A program made the position numbers and the translations under genes. Below, one piece after another: positions 39,702 through 52,290 of a stretch of DNA of 64,000 nt. The stretch is taken from positions 55,118,001 to 55,182,000 of the forward strand of contig NC_042998.1 of NCBI RefSeq assembly GCF_006345805.1. Direction: 5' to 3'. The notes below the pieces were generated by a model, which was not told the DNA's origin, made no database searches, and saw only the letters and a program-made list of their open reading frames with translations. Within the stretch, counting starts at the first letter, position 1; each line of letters begins with the position of its first letter. The DNA is from Octopus sinensis. Lineage: Eukaryota.

Positions 39702-41854
39702 GCTTAGACACTGATGTCGACATAAATGTCTTCATAAAGTTTTAGTGCAGCAACAATTTGATATGGAGCTTATTCTGAATGAAATATTCTCCCTGACCAT
39801 CCATGTTCTCTCTTAGAAGTTTCAAATCTCTCAAGTCACCTCACATTGGAACCATGGAATCATTCTGCCCTTTCAGCTCTAGTTGCAACATTGAAATTCT
39901 ATTAGGCACTATCACGGCAACTACATTTCCATTAATAACAGTCCTGTACTTAGCATGAAATATTGTCCACATCTTTTTATCATAAATCTGGTATCAATAC
40001 TTTGTCTCTCTAAGGATAAAATCCTTGAAGCATAATGTTCTTTACAAATCCCTTATAACAAATGTCTTGAACATTCAACTAGTTCGGTGTGTCTTCATGT
40101 ACTTTACATTTATTCTTTTATGTCAGATTGGAAAATTGACCTTTTAGTTTACCCCCAAAACGAGAATGTTCTTAAAGAATTTAGCTTCCAGACCAGTGAA
40201 TGCTAAAGCTGATTTTGTTTCCATCAAATAAGCAGCTGTTTATTATGTGTGAACCTTGAGAATATTTTTGCTGAAAGTTAAGAAAGGCTATAATTTGTTT
40301 TTGTTTTGTTATTTTAGTTTTTTTCCTCCTGTCCTCCTACTTTCCTTTTAGCCTTATAAATGTTCAGTTACTGTTTGATAACTTTGCTATTGTCAGATCA
40401 GACTGGAGTCTTCCTGCTGATTCTTTATTTATCTCCATTTGTGTCATCAATGCCAGCTGTGGTGAGTTAGGTCTTTCAGATGTGTGTGTGTGTGTGTGTG
40501 AGTAAATATACATATACATACAGAATCAAACTTGTCCCTCAACATTTATGGAAAATGGTAAGGGGATAGGAAATATTTGTCATAACAATATTTGTGATAT
40601 ACTATGTGAACCATCTTTGAGATATGTTCCATGGCACTGTGTGAACCCTGAATAAAACTTGAGAGTTGATACAATAGCCTAACACTTAGTTTGCTTGTTT
40701 AGGCCTGACGATGTCCTAACACCTGGTATATCATCTTACAGTATTTTATACACACACACGTGTGTGTTTGTGTGTATACAAACATACATACATACATATA
40801 TATATGTGTATATATATATGTATATATATACACACACATATATATGCACAAATAAGTATACGTATTCATACACTTACACACTCACACACATATGTATATA
40901 TACTATAATATACACACATTTTACTCCCCTTTTTTATTTATCAATTTCTGTTACTTTCTATTTATATTTCATATCCATTTCCAATCACTGGAAATCTTCT
41001 CCATCACCATATTTTGCTAAGAAAGTCTTAGAAGTTAAGTATATAGATACCCTCACCCCAACCTGTTATGTGTGTATGCATCCCATGTACTGTTTCTGCT
41101 TATCTTTCGTGTGTAGAAATGAATCTTGTGAAAGTGTTTGAGAATCATAAAAATTACGTTATTGAAATTAAGTTTAATTCTGTGTGCAAATATATTTATA
41201 TAATATATAGAATATAACACAGATCAGCTAACCTGCAAAAAAAAAACTGATCTGAAATAAAAGATAGATGCAAATTAATTTACTACACTAAATTGTATTT
41301 GACTGTGAATATTAAATTCTCAAACGCTACCATTCAAAAATATTAATAAATATCAACAGAATATGAAGAGTGAATTAAGTAGTAATATTTTCAACATAAA
41401 ATTATATTACATATTACTAACTACCATACCTGGTCTTACCTGAGTTTATTAATACTTGATACAAATATAATCTCATGAAATAAATATGTTTTGGATAAAT
41501 TGCTTTTAAAAAAAATTATGTTGATAACCTACAGTTCATCCAGGAATGTTGATTCACTAAGAATTGACACATCCATACCTTCCGAAAGATGGTTCAAGTT
41601 GTCATGTTTCTTCATACTTATCCATTTTGTTATTGCAAAATATGTAGAAATTATGCTCATAAAAGATTATGCACTTGTTGGAATTTTTTAAAAATCCACT
41701 TCTTGAAGCCTTTGTTACTATATTTCTGTTGAAACATATTGCTTTTATCTTCAACAAATTTTGAAATTATTGAAGAATTTAGTCAAATAACTTAATTGTT
41801 ATTAAGCTGGTGTTTGGAATATAGGTTAACTTGGAATTTTGATCTTCATCTTTT

Positions 41855-42195
41855 ACATATTTCAGTCATTAGACCGAGGTCATGCTGGAGCAATGCCTTG
41901 AAGAATTTTGGTCAAACAAATTGAACCCAATACTTTTTTTTGTTTTAAGCCTGATACTTATTCTATTGGTCTCTTTTGATGCACTTAGCTACAGGGATGT
42001 AAACACACTAACACTGATGGTCAGCCAATGATGGGACACACACATACAAGTTTCTGTCAGTTTCTGTCTACCAAATCTACTCACAAGGCTTTGATCAGAT
42101 CAAAGCTATAGTAGAAGACACTTGCCCAAAGTGCCATGCAGTAGGGATGAACCCGGAACCATATTGTTTAGAATTAAACTTCTTACCACATACCT
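41855..42195 (-). mobile_element. SINE family B copy
   Basis: Full reverse-complement copy. Confidence 0.8.
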
Positions 42196-42389
42196 GCAAA
42201 TTATATATCATAGAACTGGGAGTGATTTGGGGTAGGTTGGTATGAAAGGAGTTAATGTGTTCTGTATTCTGTAATTTCTGCTGTAGTTTGCAGTACCTAA
42301 CAGAAATATGCAATTTCCATTATTCACTCTCTCAGAATTGACTATAAAGGAATGGTATCTCACCTCTTGAATGAACTCTTCTGGTGAGG

Positions 42390-42690
42390 AGACTATGATG
42401 GTTTGCTCACATGTTGCAGCACCTCCATAGTGAACTCATTCAGAAGGCAATAGCTCTCTTTGGTTTGCATAAGTGGAGAGGTGGTCAGCTGAAGATGTGG
42501 CTTACAACAGTCAAAGCAGATACGGAACTCATTTCTGGCCCTTGAGTCTTTGGTATTTGTCGCTGTAATCAGGAATGGCTCCAACACTCTGCAGAATTGG
42601 CCACCTTGACCCATGACATGATGAACTCTACAGCAGCCAGCTTGACCCTTCCAGAGTGAATGCCGTTACAAGACAAGAAGACAAGTGTTG
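42390..42690 (+). pseudogene. RTE-clade LINE 3' remnant
   Basis: Reads WFAHVAAP...QLKMWLTTVKADTELISGP*VFGICRCNQEWLQHSAELA, like an RTE ORF C-terminus, and ends in a CAAGA-type short tandem tail. Confidence 0.6.
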
Positions 42691-43334
42691 CTTGTAAAAT
42701 AAAATAAAGTAAAATTTAAATGCTTGAAAGAAGAAAAAATAAGAAATCCCCTTTGTGCTCTCCCATAAAACTTCTATGACTGCAAGTAATTTATATTTGT
42801 CAAGGAAGTCTTGAGTGGTTGTTGGTTGATGTGATGGTACAAGGTATGAAGGTTTAAAAACTGTTCACTTACATTGTTCTCACAAAAGAAGGGTTCACAA
42901 AAAGTGAGTTAGGTTAAAGGCCAAACTCACTATCTTTTATTCAATTTTCATGTGCCTCCTTATTTATGATTATGAATTAGAATGATGTGTGGTGATTAAA
43001 AGTGTATGGGGTCATTGGAATGTCATTCAATTGAGTGCATAGAGTAAAAGATGCACCTAGAAAGTTCCCCTCTGAGGTAAAAGTTCAGGTAAGCTTAATA
43101 GAAAACTAGTAGTGGCCCATGCATACCAGCCTCTCCTCTCCATGCTGCTGATGTTATCCAAGGGAAAGTCAAAGGCCAATACAGCTTGGCACCAGTGACA
43201 TTTCTACAGCTGAGTGAACAGAAGCAACAGGAAATAAAGTGTTTTGCTCAAGAACACAACACAGAACAGTCTGAGAATTGAACTCATTACCTCATGATTG
43301 TGAACCCGATGCTCTAACCACTGATCTGTGCTCC

Positions 43335-43620
43335 TTCACAGATGCATAGAGAAGCCTCTAGTTTTCTGCATTGTGAAATCACAGCTCCAGCATAATGGGG
43401 CATGGGTTAGAATGCCGGAGGAAATAATCACAGGATACATTTTTGTAGGCAAGACCAACCAGTTGGTGGACGCATTAAGCAAGATAGTTGATATTATCTA
43501 TAACTTTGATTGATCATGTTTAGGGATCTAGGTAGAACATTTGGTTGACTGCTGCTTTTGATAGCACTCTCTGGAGGACATGTCTGAGGATTATGCGCTT
43601 GTGGTCCTCACAGAAATAGT
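43335..43620 (+). pseudogene. Possible second RTE-like LINE 3' remnant
   Basis: LQHNGAWVRMPEEIITGYIFVG resembles the WAGHVVRMP...LLYG motif. Confidence 0.35.
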
Positions 43621-45712
43621 AGGAGGGTGTGAAGATGAATGGATGGAAGGAAAGATTCTTCATCAATTGTTAGTCTTCTTCACAACATGAGAAATAGTCC
43701 ATTGTATGAAGGATTTGTCATAGAAGTGTCTCCTAGTCATCAAAAGAAATATTCATGAAATTTAGTGAAATAGAATGGCATTTGAATTATGTTACTCCTG
43801 CATGATCAGACCTACAACAAAAGGCATTCTAGTTATGACCATCCCATTCTTATCTCAAGCATTGCATATCTAGGATTGCATTAACCAATGTGACCTTCTC
43901 TCGTTTGTTTTCTCCGAAACAGCAATTTAATTTGAGAGAGACTTGACTGCCAATTCTAACTCATTGAATGATAATACAGAACCATAAATGTTTATAAGCT
44001 GAAGATGCTGTTTTTAAAATATTGTGCAGTACAGGAAGAGAGTTAAATTTATAAGCTGTTCACTTCAATTCATATGACTTGATTACAAGTGTTCCCTATT
44101 CTTGAATTAAAATAAAGGGGTAAAAAAAAAAAGAATTTTTTTCTTGTCCTTTTTATTACTTTAACTAGAGATTAAAGGTTTATCAGATTTATATAATATA
44201 ATGATAATTTTTATTCCACATTTACCCTATGCTGAGAGCACCTAGTAACTTTAGATAGATAGACAGATAGATGTGCGTAAGTTATATTATAATTCTGCTT
44301 GTTACTCAGTAAGTCATGTGTGTTATGCACTGTACGATAGGTATCACTAAAAATTGGCATTATTATTAAAGCAGCAACTGGCAGAATCATTACTGTACCT
44401 GACAAAATACCAAACAGGATTTATTCTGTCTTTACATTCTGAATTCAAATTCCACTGAAGTTGACTTACCCTTTTATCCTTTTAGGGTCAATATAGCCGA
44501 CTTTCCACCTCCCCTAAAATTTCAGAACTTGTGCCTCTAGTAGAAAGAATTATTACGACAGTGAGCTGGCAGAATAGTTAGAACACTGGACAAAATGTTT
44601 TGCAGCATTTCTTCCAGTTTTATGTTCTGAGTTCAAATCCCACTAAAGTTGACTTTCCCTTTTATCCTTTTGATGGTTGATCAAATAAGTACCAGTTGGA
44701 GCTTTAGCCCTCTCCCCAACATTTCAGGCCTAGTGCCTATATTAGAAAAAAGATTATTGTTATTCTCATTACTACTAGCAGAAATCTCACCCACCAGGCA
44801 GTTTTCTGCTGGTTGTTATGATTTTGAAGAATTATTTCTCCGTAGAATTTTTATGCAAATTACTACATTTAGTTACCACTACAAAAGACTTGACTTGATT
44901 TTAGAAAATGTGATATTGTCAAAGGAAATCTTGATTCAAAGTAATTTGATCAAACTATAAAGGTAAGTCTGAAAGATTAGAGAAGGTGATTTAAACCAAT
45001 GAAGAAGTTTCAATCCTTATCAATCTTATTGCTTTTCAAATTCTTACTGTTTTGGAAAATTTGGAGTATGAGTGTGTGTGTATGTTGGTATATTCAATAC
45101 AGAAAAGTAATTTTTTAAAAATAATTATATGTACATTCTGAATGAATATGTAAAGTGTATAAGTTTTATCTATGATAATATATTGGCAAAAGTGACAGAA
45201 TGCAATCAACTGCACAGCTGAAACAAAAATCCAAATAGACATGTATGGGAGATAGGTGCATGCAGCTTATAGACCTCATGCATCAATATACTACTAGAAG
45301 AGTGCTTATCTACAATTAGCTAGCAAATTGTTTGGTGAGCTGGTGGAAAATGAAATGCATTAATAAATAGAAGATTGCTGAAAATAGACACTTTGTCTGA
45401 GAATTGGGGGGGAAAAAATGAAAAATAAATTGTTTTTCAGAGTGATGAAAATCAGATGGTGAAGTTGCTATAGTGACAAGTTATTTATTCATTTATTTAC
45501 TGAATTGTTGATCTCTCTCTCTCTCCCATTTCCCCTTCTCTGTTTCATACTTATATTCATTTTAAAATCATTTTCATTTTTTTCCTTTTCTTCACCTATT
45601 CATTTCTATTCATGTGTCTAAGTGCTGTATCAAGTTTGGTTTGGCAGATTTCAGATTTTAAAAGTAAGCCTTACAAAATCTGCTTAGTAATATAAGAATG
45701 ATTTATATATTA

Positions 45713-45746
<34 letters not shown>

Positions 45747-45754
45747 CATACATA

Positions 45755-45798
<44 letters not shown>

Positions 45799-46232
45799 CA
45801 CACACATACACACATACATATATACAATATAGATAGATATTTTACTACTTCCTCTATTTTTCTAATCTATTGTATGAATTTTGTCATTGAATTTTATAGA
45901 ATTTTATTTTATCTATGTTAAAAGTTACATTATATTTTATGGAGAAATAATTTTATACAGGTGTTATTTGTTGTGGAGAAAATTACGCTTTCAGAAAGAT
46001 GTTTTCTAAAATAGTACTTTTTTTTTTACATATATGTATTTACGATAAATGAATAACTTTATATAGGTGCAGCCATTGTTGTATGACTTAGAAAATTTGC
46101 TTCACAACCACATGAATCAGGCTTCAATTCCTCTATGATACATCTTAGATGCCAGAAACTGAACCTGGAACTATGTAGTTAGGAAGCAAGCTTCTTACCA
46201 CATCGCTACACCTGCACATATATGTATACATG

Positions 46233-46278
<46 letters not shown>

Positions 46279-46279
<1 letters not shown>

Positions 46280-46673
46280 TAGCAGTATCACCCGGCGTTG
46301 CTCGGGTTTGTAAGGGAATAACTATATAAGCATTTTTAGAGAGTTATAGCCCAAAAATAGCAAAAAATGCATTAAAAATGGAAAAAAAATTATGGTAAAT
46401 TTTTTTTTTTAATCGTTGACTTATCGTAGACATTTTTAGAGAGTTACTTCCCTTATATAATAGCGAAAAAATGCATTAAAATGGAAAAAAATGATGGTAA
46501 ATTTTTTTTTAAATCGTAGACTCATTGTAGACGCACGCTAATACCCAGAAGGGCTCGATATGAATCACAACTATAAGATACCCGCTTTTGGTTAAACTGC
46601 ACTGCAAAATGTGGGAGTAGTTAGGAATCTAAATCGTAGGAGACAGACACAACTTGACTTTTATATATAAAGA
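46279..46673 (-). mobile_element. Complete non-autonomous Helitron (395 bp)
   Basis: Minus strand A|TCTTTATATATAAAAG ... hairpin (plus strand acccg-gcgttgct-cgggt, 46290-46307) ... CTAG|T. Inserted at an AT dinucleotide inside (TA)n; two internal ~95-nt direct subrepeats. Confidence 0.85.
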
Positions 46674-46699
46674 TATATATATATATATATATGCATATT

Positions 46700-47025
46700 G
46701 GCCTTGTGCCGGTGGCACGTAAAAAGCACCATCCGTTCGTGTCCATTGCCAGCCTCACCTGGCCCCCGTGCCAGTGGCACATAAAAAGCACCATCCGTTC
46801 GTGGCCGTTTGCCAGCTCTGTCTGGCACCTGTGCGGGTGGCACGTAAAAAGCACCCACTACACTCACGGAGTGGTTGGCGTTAGGAAGGGCATCCAGCCG
46901 TAGAAACACTGCCAGATCTGACTAGGCCTGATGAAGCCTTCCGGCTTCACAGATCCCAGTTGAACCGTCCAACCCATGCTAGCATGGAAAACGGACGCTA
47001 AACGATGATGATGATGATGATGATA
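46700..47025 (+). mobile_element. Repeat family D copy, CpG-retaining and apparently young
   Basis: Close match to 28971-29274 with (GAT)n tail. Confidence 0.8.
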
Positions 47026-47716
47026 TTTGGGTACAAGATTTCACCAACAGTAAATAACATGAAGTATGAAAACAGAAGAGTTGAATATGCAAAGAACGAG
47101 AGAAACAAATGGAAAACAGGACAAGTAACATAATGAACGATCCATCATCAGTTGTCAGCTGTCTATCTACTCATTTTGAGCATTGAATGACAATATGAGT
47201 CTTCGAAGGCAGTTTCTCCCATAAGTACCAAAATAAAAATTGGGATTTATGAAGGGTCAAAGTTGGGAACAAAAACAGAACAGTGGAAACATACAAGGAA
47301 ATCAAATGAAAACAAACATGGAAGGTAAAATAGTGAACGCTGGAGAAATATTTTCTTAGGCAGGAGAAAAGATAGAACAGAGAGATAGGATACATCTAGT
47401 CCTTAGGACAGTCTTGAAAGAAAAGAAAGAGGATTGTGTGTGGAAAAGAAAGATGGATGATGGTCACGTGTGAGCTATGGAGTGAGAAAGGAGAGAGAGA
47501 GAGAGAGCAACAGATAGAAAACAGTGAAGGGGAGAAAAAAGGTAATTAGAGAAAGGATGAGAGAGAAAATGATAGGGGAGAAAACAGTACAGCGTAGAGT
47601 CACATCAAAAAGATTAAGATAACTTACTTGGAAATGGATGTGTGCTGTTCAATCAAATACTAATATAAATAATAAATATATATATGCATATTACAACTGA
47701 ATATAGTGTTTTTGAA

Positions 47717-47960
47717 CATCTTGCAAACCTGACTGAGGCTTACATTGTTACATTTACATATTTGTTTTGCAAGGTTCTTGATGTGAAATCATGTGTTGAA
47801 ACAGATGTTCTGTTGTAATATCTAATGTATGTGTTTAATTGACAAAATATGACCATCCCCAAGTGTAATGATCTGTTTCAGCACACGATTTCACATCAAG
47901 AATCTTGCAAAATTTATACATTAATGTAACATCATGAACCCCAGCCAGGTTGGCAGAATG
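47717..47960. repeat. Imperfect inverted repeat / foldback element (90-nt arms, 64-nt spacer)
   Basis: 47717-47806 is the reverse complement of 47871-47960; third partial arm at 47993-48032. Confidence 0.85.
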
Positions 47961-48039
47961 TTGGAAAGCAGTATATTCTGTTATATATAGTGCATGACTT
48001 CACATCAAGAATCTCGCAAAACAAATACATAAACCTATA

Positions 48040-48244
48040 TATATCTTTTACTTGTTTCAGTCATTTGACTGTGGCCATGCTGGAGCACAGCCTTTAATCA
48101 AGTAATTCGACCCCAGAACTTATTCTTTGTAAGCCTAGTACTTATTCTATCAGTCTCTTTTTGCCAAACTACTAAGTTACAGAGACGTAAACACACCAGC
48201 ATTAGTTGTCAAGCAATGTTGGGGGAGGGGACAAAGACAGACAG

Positions 48245-48311
<67 letters not shown>

Positions 48312-48485
48312 ATATACATATATGACAGGCTTCATTCAGTTTCTGTCTACCAAATCCACTCACAAAGCTTTGGTCGGCCCGGGGCTATAGTAGAGGACAC
48401 TTGCCCAAGGTGCCACACAGTGGGACAACTCGGAACCATGTGGTTCATAAACAAGCTACTTACCACACAGCCACTCCTATGCCTG
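48040..48485 (-). mobile_element. SINE family B copy
   Basis: Well-preserved reverse-complement copy with internal (CA)n(TA)n. Confidence 0.85.
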
Positions 48486-48795
48486 TAAAGCTATATACAC
48501 ACCTATACACACACACACACACACACACTCGTATGTATGTATGCATGCACATGCACACACACACACGCATGCTGAGTGTGCTCATGTCAAGAATGCCAGC
48601 AAGAATTGAATGTGTTCCAACACTAATAGTATACACTGTAAAAAAAAAGAAATAAAACAGTATTTATTTTCAAAATTTTTACTTTTACCAAAGTAGTGAT
48701 AAAGACTATTAATTAGAGCACTACTTTTCTTAGGGGTGAGGATTGAAAAGTGGGTAGACAATTTGCCATGACAAATGAAATTAAGACCTTTGTAG

Positions 48796-49004
48796 CTCTT
48801 TAGCATTCATATTCTGTAAAATGTAATGCTTATTTGTTCACATTGTTTTTGAATTAATCATGCATTGTGCATTATTTTGTAGCTTTGAGATTCCGATGAT
48901 GTGAGTGTTTATTTTTAGAATGACATCATAGGGTAGGTGTGAGATGCTAGATGTGGCCTGGCAGAATATTTGGGCCAAATAGGACCAATTTAAATGCTAA
49001 AGAG
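48796..49004. mobile_element. piggyBac-type MITE, second family
   Basis: ctctttagcatt ... aaatgctaaagag|TTAA; interior homologous to the 11275 copy. Confidence 0.7.
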
Positions 49005-50842
49005 TTAAACTTGTCCAGTGCCATTGTGGAGAAAGAAAATTATAGGGATTTAGAGTCTATTTTGTCTTCTCCTTAACTGGAGCTGGGGAGGCAAAAACTG
49101 CACTACTGTTGGATGGTAGGGGACTTGGTATTTGGCAGTTTGAAAACTGCTGAATTAGGTGGTATTTTATTTTAAATAAATGAATTAGCATTGAAAAAAA
49201 TGTAAACAAAATTTAAATTAAAACAAGAAACCATACCATATCATAATTTGCACAAATTTTAAATTGAAATATGAATATTCATAATTAAAAGAGATTTAAA
49301 ATACATAAAGAATATATGAGTAACTGCGTGTAAATAAACAGATAAAAAAAAATATCAAAAAATACATTTCCATCACATATTAATATAATTAATGTAAAAA
49401 AATATTTCTCTAATGAGAAAATAAAATATTTCAATTAGTTAGTTAATGTACCGAAAAATATATATATATATATTAAAAAAACCCAGAAAATTTAAGGTCA
49501 ACTCTGCTGTTTTTATTCTTTTATTTATTTTTTTTTTACTGGGTTAGTTATAGGAATGTAGTATGCTTAGAGTTGATTATTCAAGTTAATTATATTAATT
49601 ATGTTAATATTTTTCAGACATATCTGTTGGTATGACAAATTTTAAAATATATATCTATCAATTGTATTAATAAAACCTAGAAGTAATTGTGGACATTCCA
49701 GTTGTATTGAATACTGTAAGATGGAATAATATATTTTTCTGGAGCCTTTGATTCTTCAGCTAGTGTAAAAAGGACACATTAGTAGTATCTAAAAGCTATG
49801 TTCTTCCATCTACCTTGTTTATTATTTTTCGCTTTATAATCATCATCAAGAAGTAAGCAATCTTAACTATGGAATAAAATCAAAAACATTATCCGTATTA
49901 TTATTCTATAATTGTACATTGGTAAAGTCTTAGCAAATTTTGTATGGTTATTTGGAAAAAAAACTATATGATTTATCTGTCTGTATTTCTGTCACAACCT
50001 AAATGCCTATCTACATTATCTACCTAGCTTGCCCATCCATTCATCTATCTTCTATCCATCAATGTATCTATCTTTGTGAATAGATAGATATTTTGACAGT
50101 AAAAGGATAAAGAAACATTTTAACAATAAAACTTAGAACAACAACGAAATTTTTATTGCCTATCACACTATCCTATTATACCACATTTAAAAATCATGTG
50201 ACTGCTTTGCATTCCTTTCAATACATAGGGCTCACTGTTTCTTTCCCTCTTTCTCTATACAATTGTGCAACTTCCTATCACTTTCTTTTTCACTTTTATA
50301 AGATTTACTTTTATTTCACTCTGCCACAACCACCATTAATTATCATAGGTCTCTCATGAGCTCTAGGACTTGTAAGGCCAAGATCTTAAACTGGTTTGTT
50401 TTTTATGTCATATAAATGACTGAGATTACAGCATTTTCCTCTGGCTGGGATACCAATGCACCACAAAGTCAACATCCCAGTCATTGCTGGAATTCATTTA
50501 CAGCTAAGTGGACTGGTGCAATGTGAAATTAAGTGTTTTCTTCAAGAGCACATCGCACTACCCAATCCAAGGATTGAAACCATGATCTGACAATTGTGAA
50601 TGCAACCCCTAATCACTAGGCTATGTTCCTTCACATCATTATCATAACTATAACATATTTTTCATGCTGGCTTATATAGTGTGAGCCCAACACACCATAT
50701 GTGTCATTCCCATATCACTTCATTTGTGACCCTGGACACCATAAGACCTGTCCTCACTATTTTTCTATGTTACTTCAGTGACATTCCTCTGCTATAGCTT
50801 CATTTTATTTTCATCATGTCTCTTTTTTCACCTTTTGCATTT

Positions 50843-51497
50843 CTTGTCCATTTGCATCCAGATCAGTCGTCTTTTTTTGTCTTTAGGCATATAACTTTTC
50901 TATTTAAATTATTAGAATCTGTACTTAAATGCGTGCTTTGTCACTGTACATTGGAGATTCAGGAAAGTGAAGAATAAAATTCGTCAATAAGTCATTTTAA
51001 CAGAAAATGATGGATATGTATAGTGATTAACTGAACGCTATTAATATTGTTTCGAAAAAACGTTATAGGATATAACGTCAGAGGTAGTCTATAGAAAGAG
51101 GAGGGATAAAGTAAAGAAAAACTAAATAAATGAGAAGTATATGACTATATGTATATTAAATAAAACCTTATAGACTAGGAAAAATATATATCTAGTGACT
51201 ATATATATATATATATATATATAGTCAAATCGAAATATCAAGCATTAAAAAATAAGAATAAAGAGGACATCCGCACGAAATGTATTAGTTTGATAGAGTT
51301 TTTAATGTATTAGTTTGAGAGAGTTTTTAATGTTTTGAGCATAGCTCTTCATCTGAAAGGAAATATCGTCATTTGTCCATTTGCATCCAGAACAGTGGTC
51401 TTTTTTTTTGTCTTTAGGCATATAACTTTTCTAGTTAAACAGAATTAGTTATTAGAATCTGTACTTAAATGCATACTTTGTCCCTGTACATTGGAGG
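50843..51497. repeat. About 120-nt direct repeat pair (50843-50960 and 51371-51497)
   Basis: Both read ttgtccatttgcatccaga...tctttaggcatataacttttcta...ttattagaatctgtacttaaatgc...ctgtacattggag. Confidence 0.9.
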
Positions 51498-52069
51498 TTT
51501 TTTTTTACAGGATTCCAAAAGTACTGTATAAGAAGGAAATTTTTCATATACCAAGTTGTTGTTGTTTTTTACATGAGTAAAATAATATTTGATGGAACTA
51601 GCACAGCAAATTACTGTTTGTACTATAAACTGGAATCCAGTAATTTGGTAGGAATATATATACACACATATAAATATGTGTGCTATGTTTATATGTATAT
51701 GTGTGTATACCACAACACATCATTATACATGCAGACACACACATATACACATCTTCACAAATTCATGCACACACCTATACAAATACTTAGGTGTATCTGG
51801 TTTCCATCTGTTTTCAACCTTGTGTGTGTTCTGCACCTATATTTTTCTAATCAAAAATATTTTCTTGTGAAGCAGTGTCCCAAATTATGTTGAGGAAATC
51901 AAATTAATGATACCAGCATGGGTTTGGTGATTTTGTTTTGCTAGTATCGTTCACATCTTGAATAGAAGATTATTTCATTTTTTTTTTCTTTCTTCTGCTT
52001 AAGCCTTATCTATTTATCTTTGGTTTTCTCTCCAGTATAATATTTCCTTTCATTCTTCTTCTTATCTAG

Positions 52070-52290
52070 GTGTGGTTGGCACTCATCGATTTTGCAGTTC
52101 CCGTGATATGGGCAAACAATGTCAAGACATTTGGTATGCCGATCATGAGCGTATGTACAGATCCTGCATATTCACTTGTACTGGTGACGCCTGTAATGCC
52201 GCAGAAACACTTTCAACAAAATGGTACCATATATCTGCAGGAATGATTTTGAGTCTTACCTGTATGCTTTTCACTTCAAATTTACATTAG
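52070..52290 (+). CDS. crok: Terminal coding exon of the crooked-like Ly6/uPAR protein; Cys6-Cys10-Asn plus GPI-anchor signal
   Basis: Pyrimidine tract and TAG acceptor (52067-52069). Translates (G)VVGTHRFCSSRDMGKQCQDIWYADHERMYRSCIFTCTGDACNAAETLSTKWYHISAGMILSLTCMLFTSNLH*. GTxRFCSSxDxG and YRSCxxTCxxDxCN match crok-family proteins as I recall them; hydrophobic C-terminal tail follows CN. Confidence 0.93.

Noticed and set aside
46929-46955. CTGATGA-AGCC-TTCC-GGCT hammerhead-like half
   Set aside because: No GAAA follows; it is a point variant of the family D sequence gcctggtgcagcc
21698-52069. Additional or mutually exclusive Cys-rich LU exons within the large intron
   Set aside because: None seen by eye, and the two flanking exons already supply all ten cysteines; a profile search would be needed to exclude small exons
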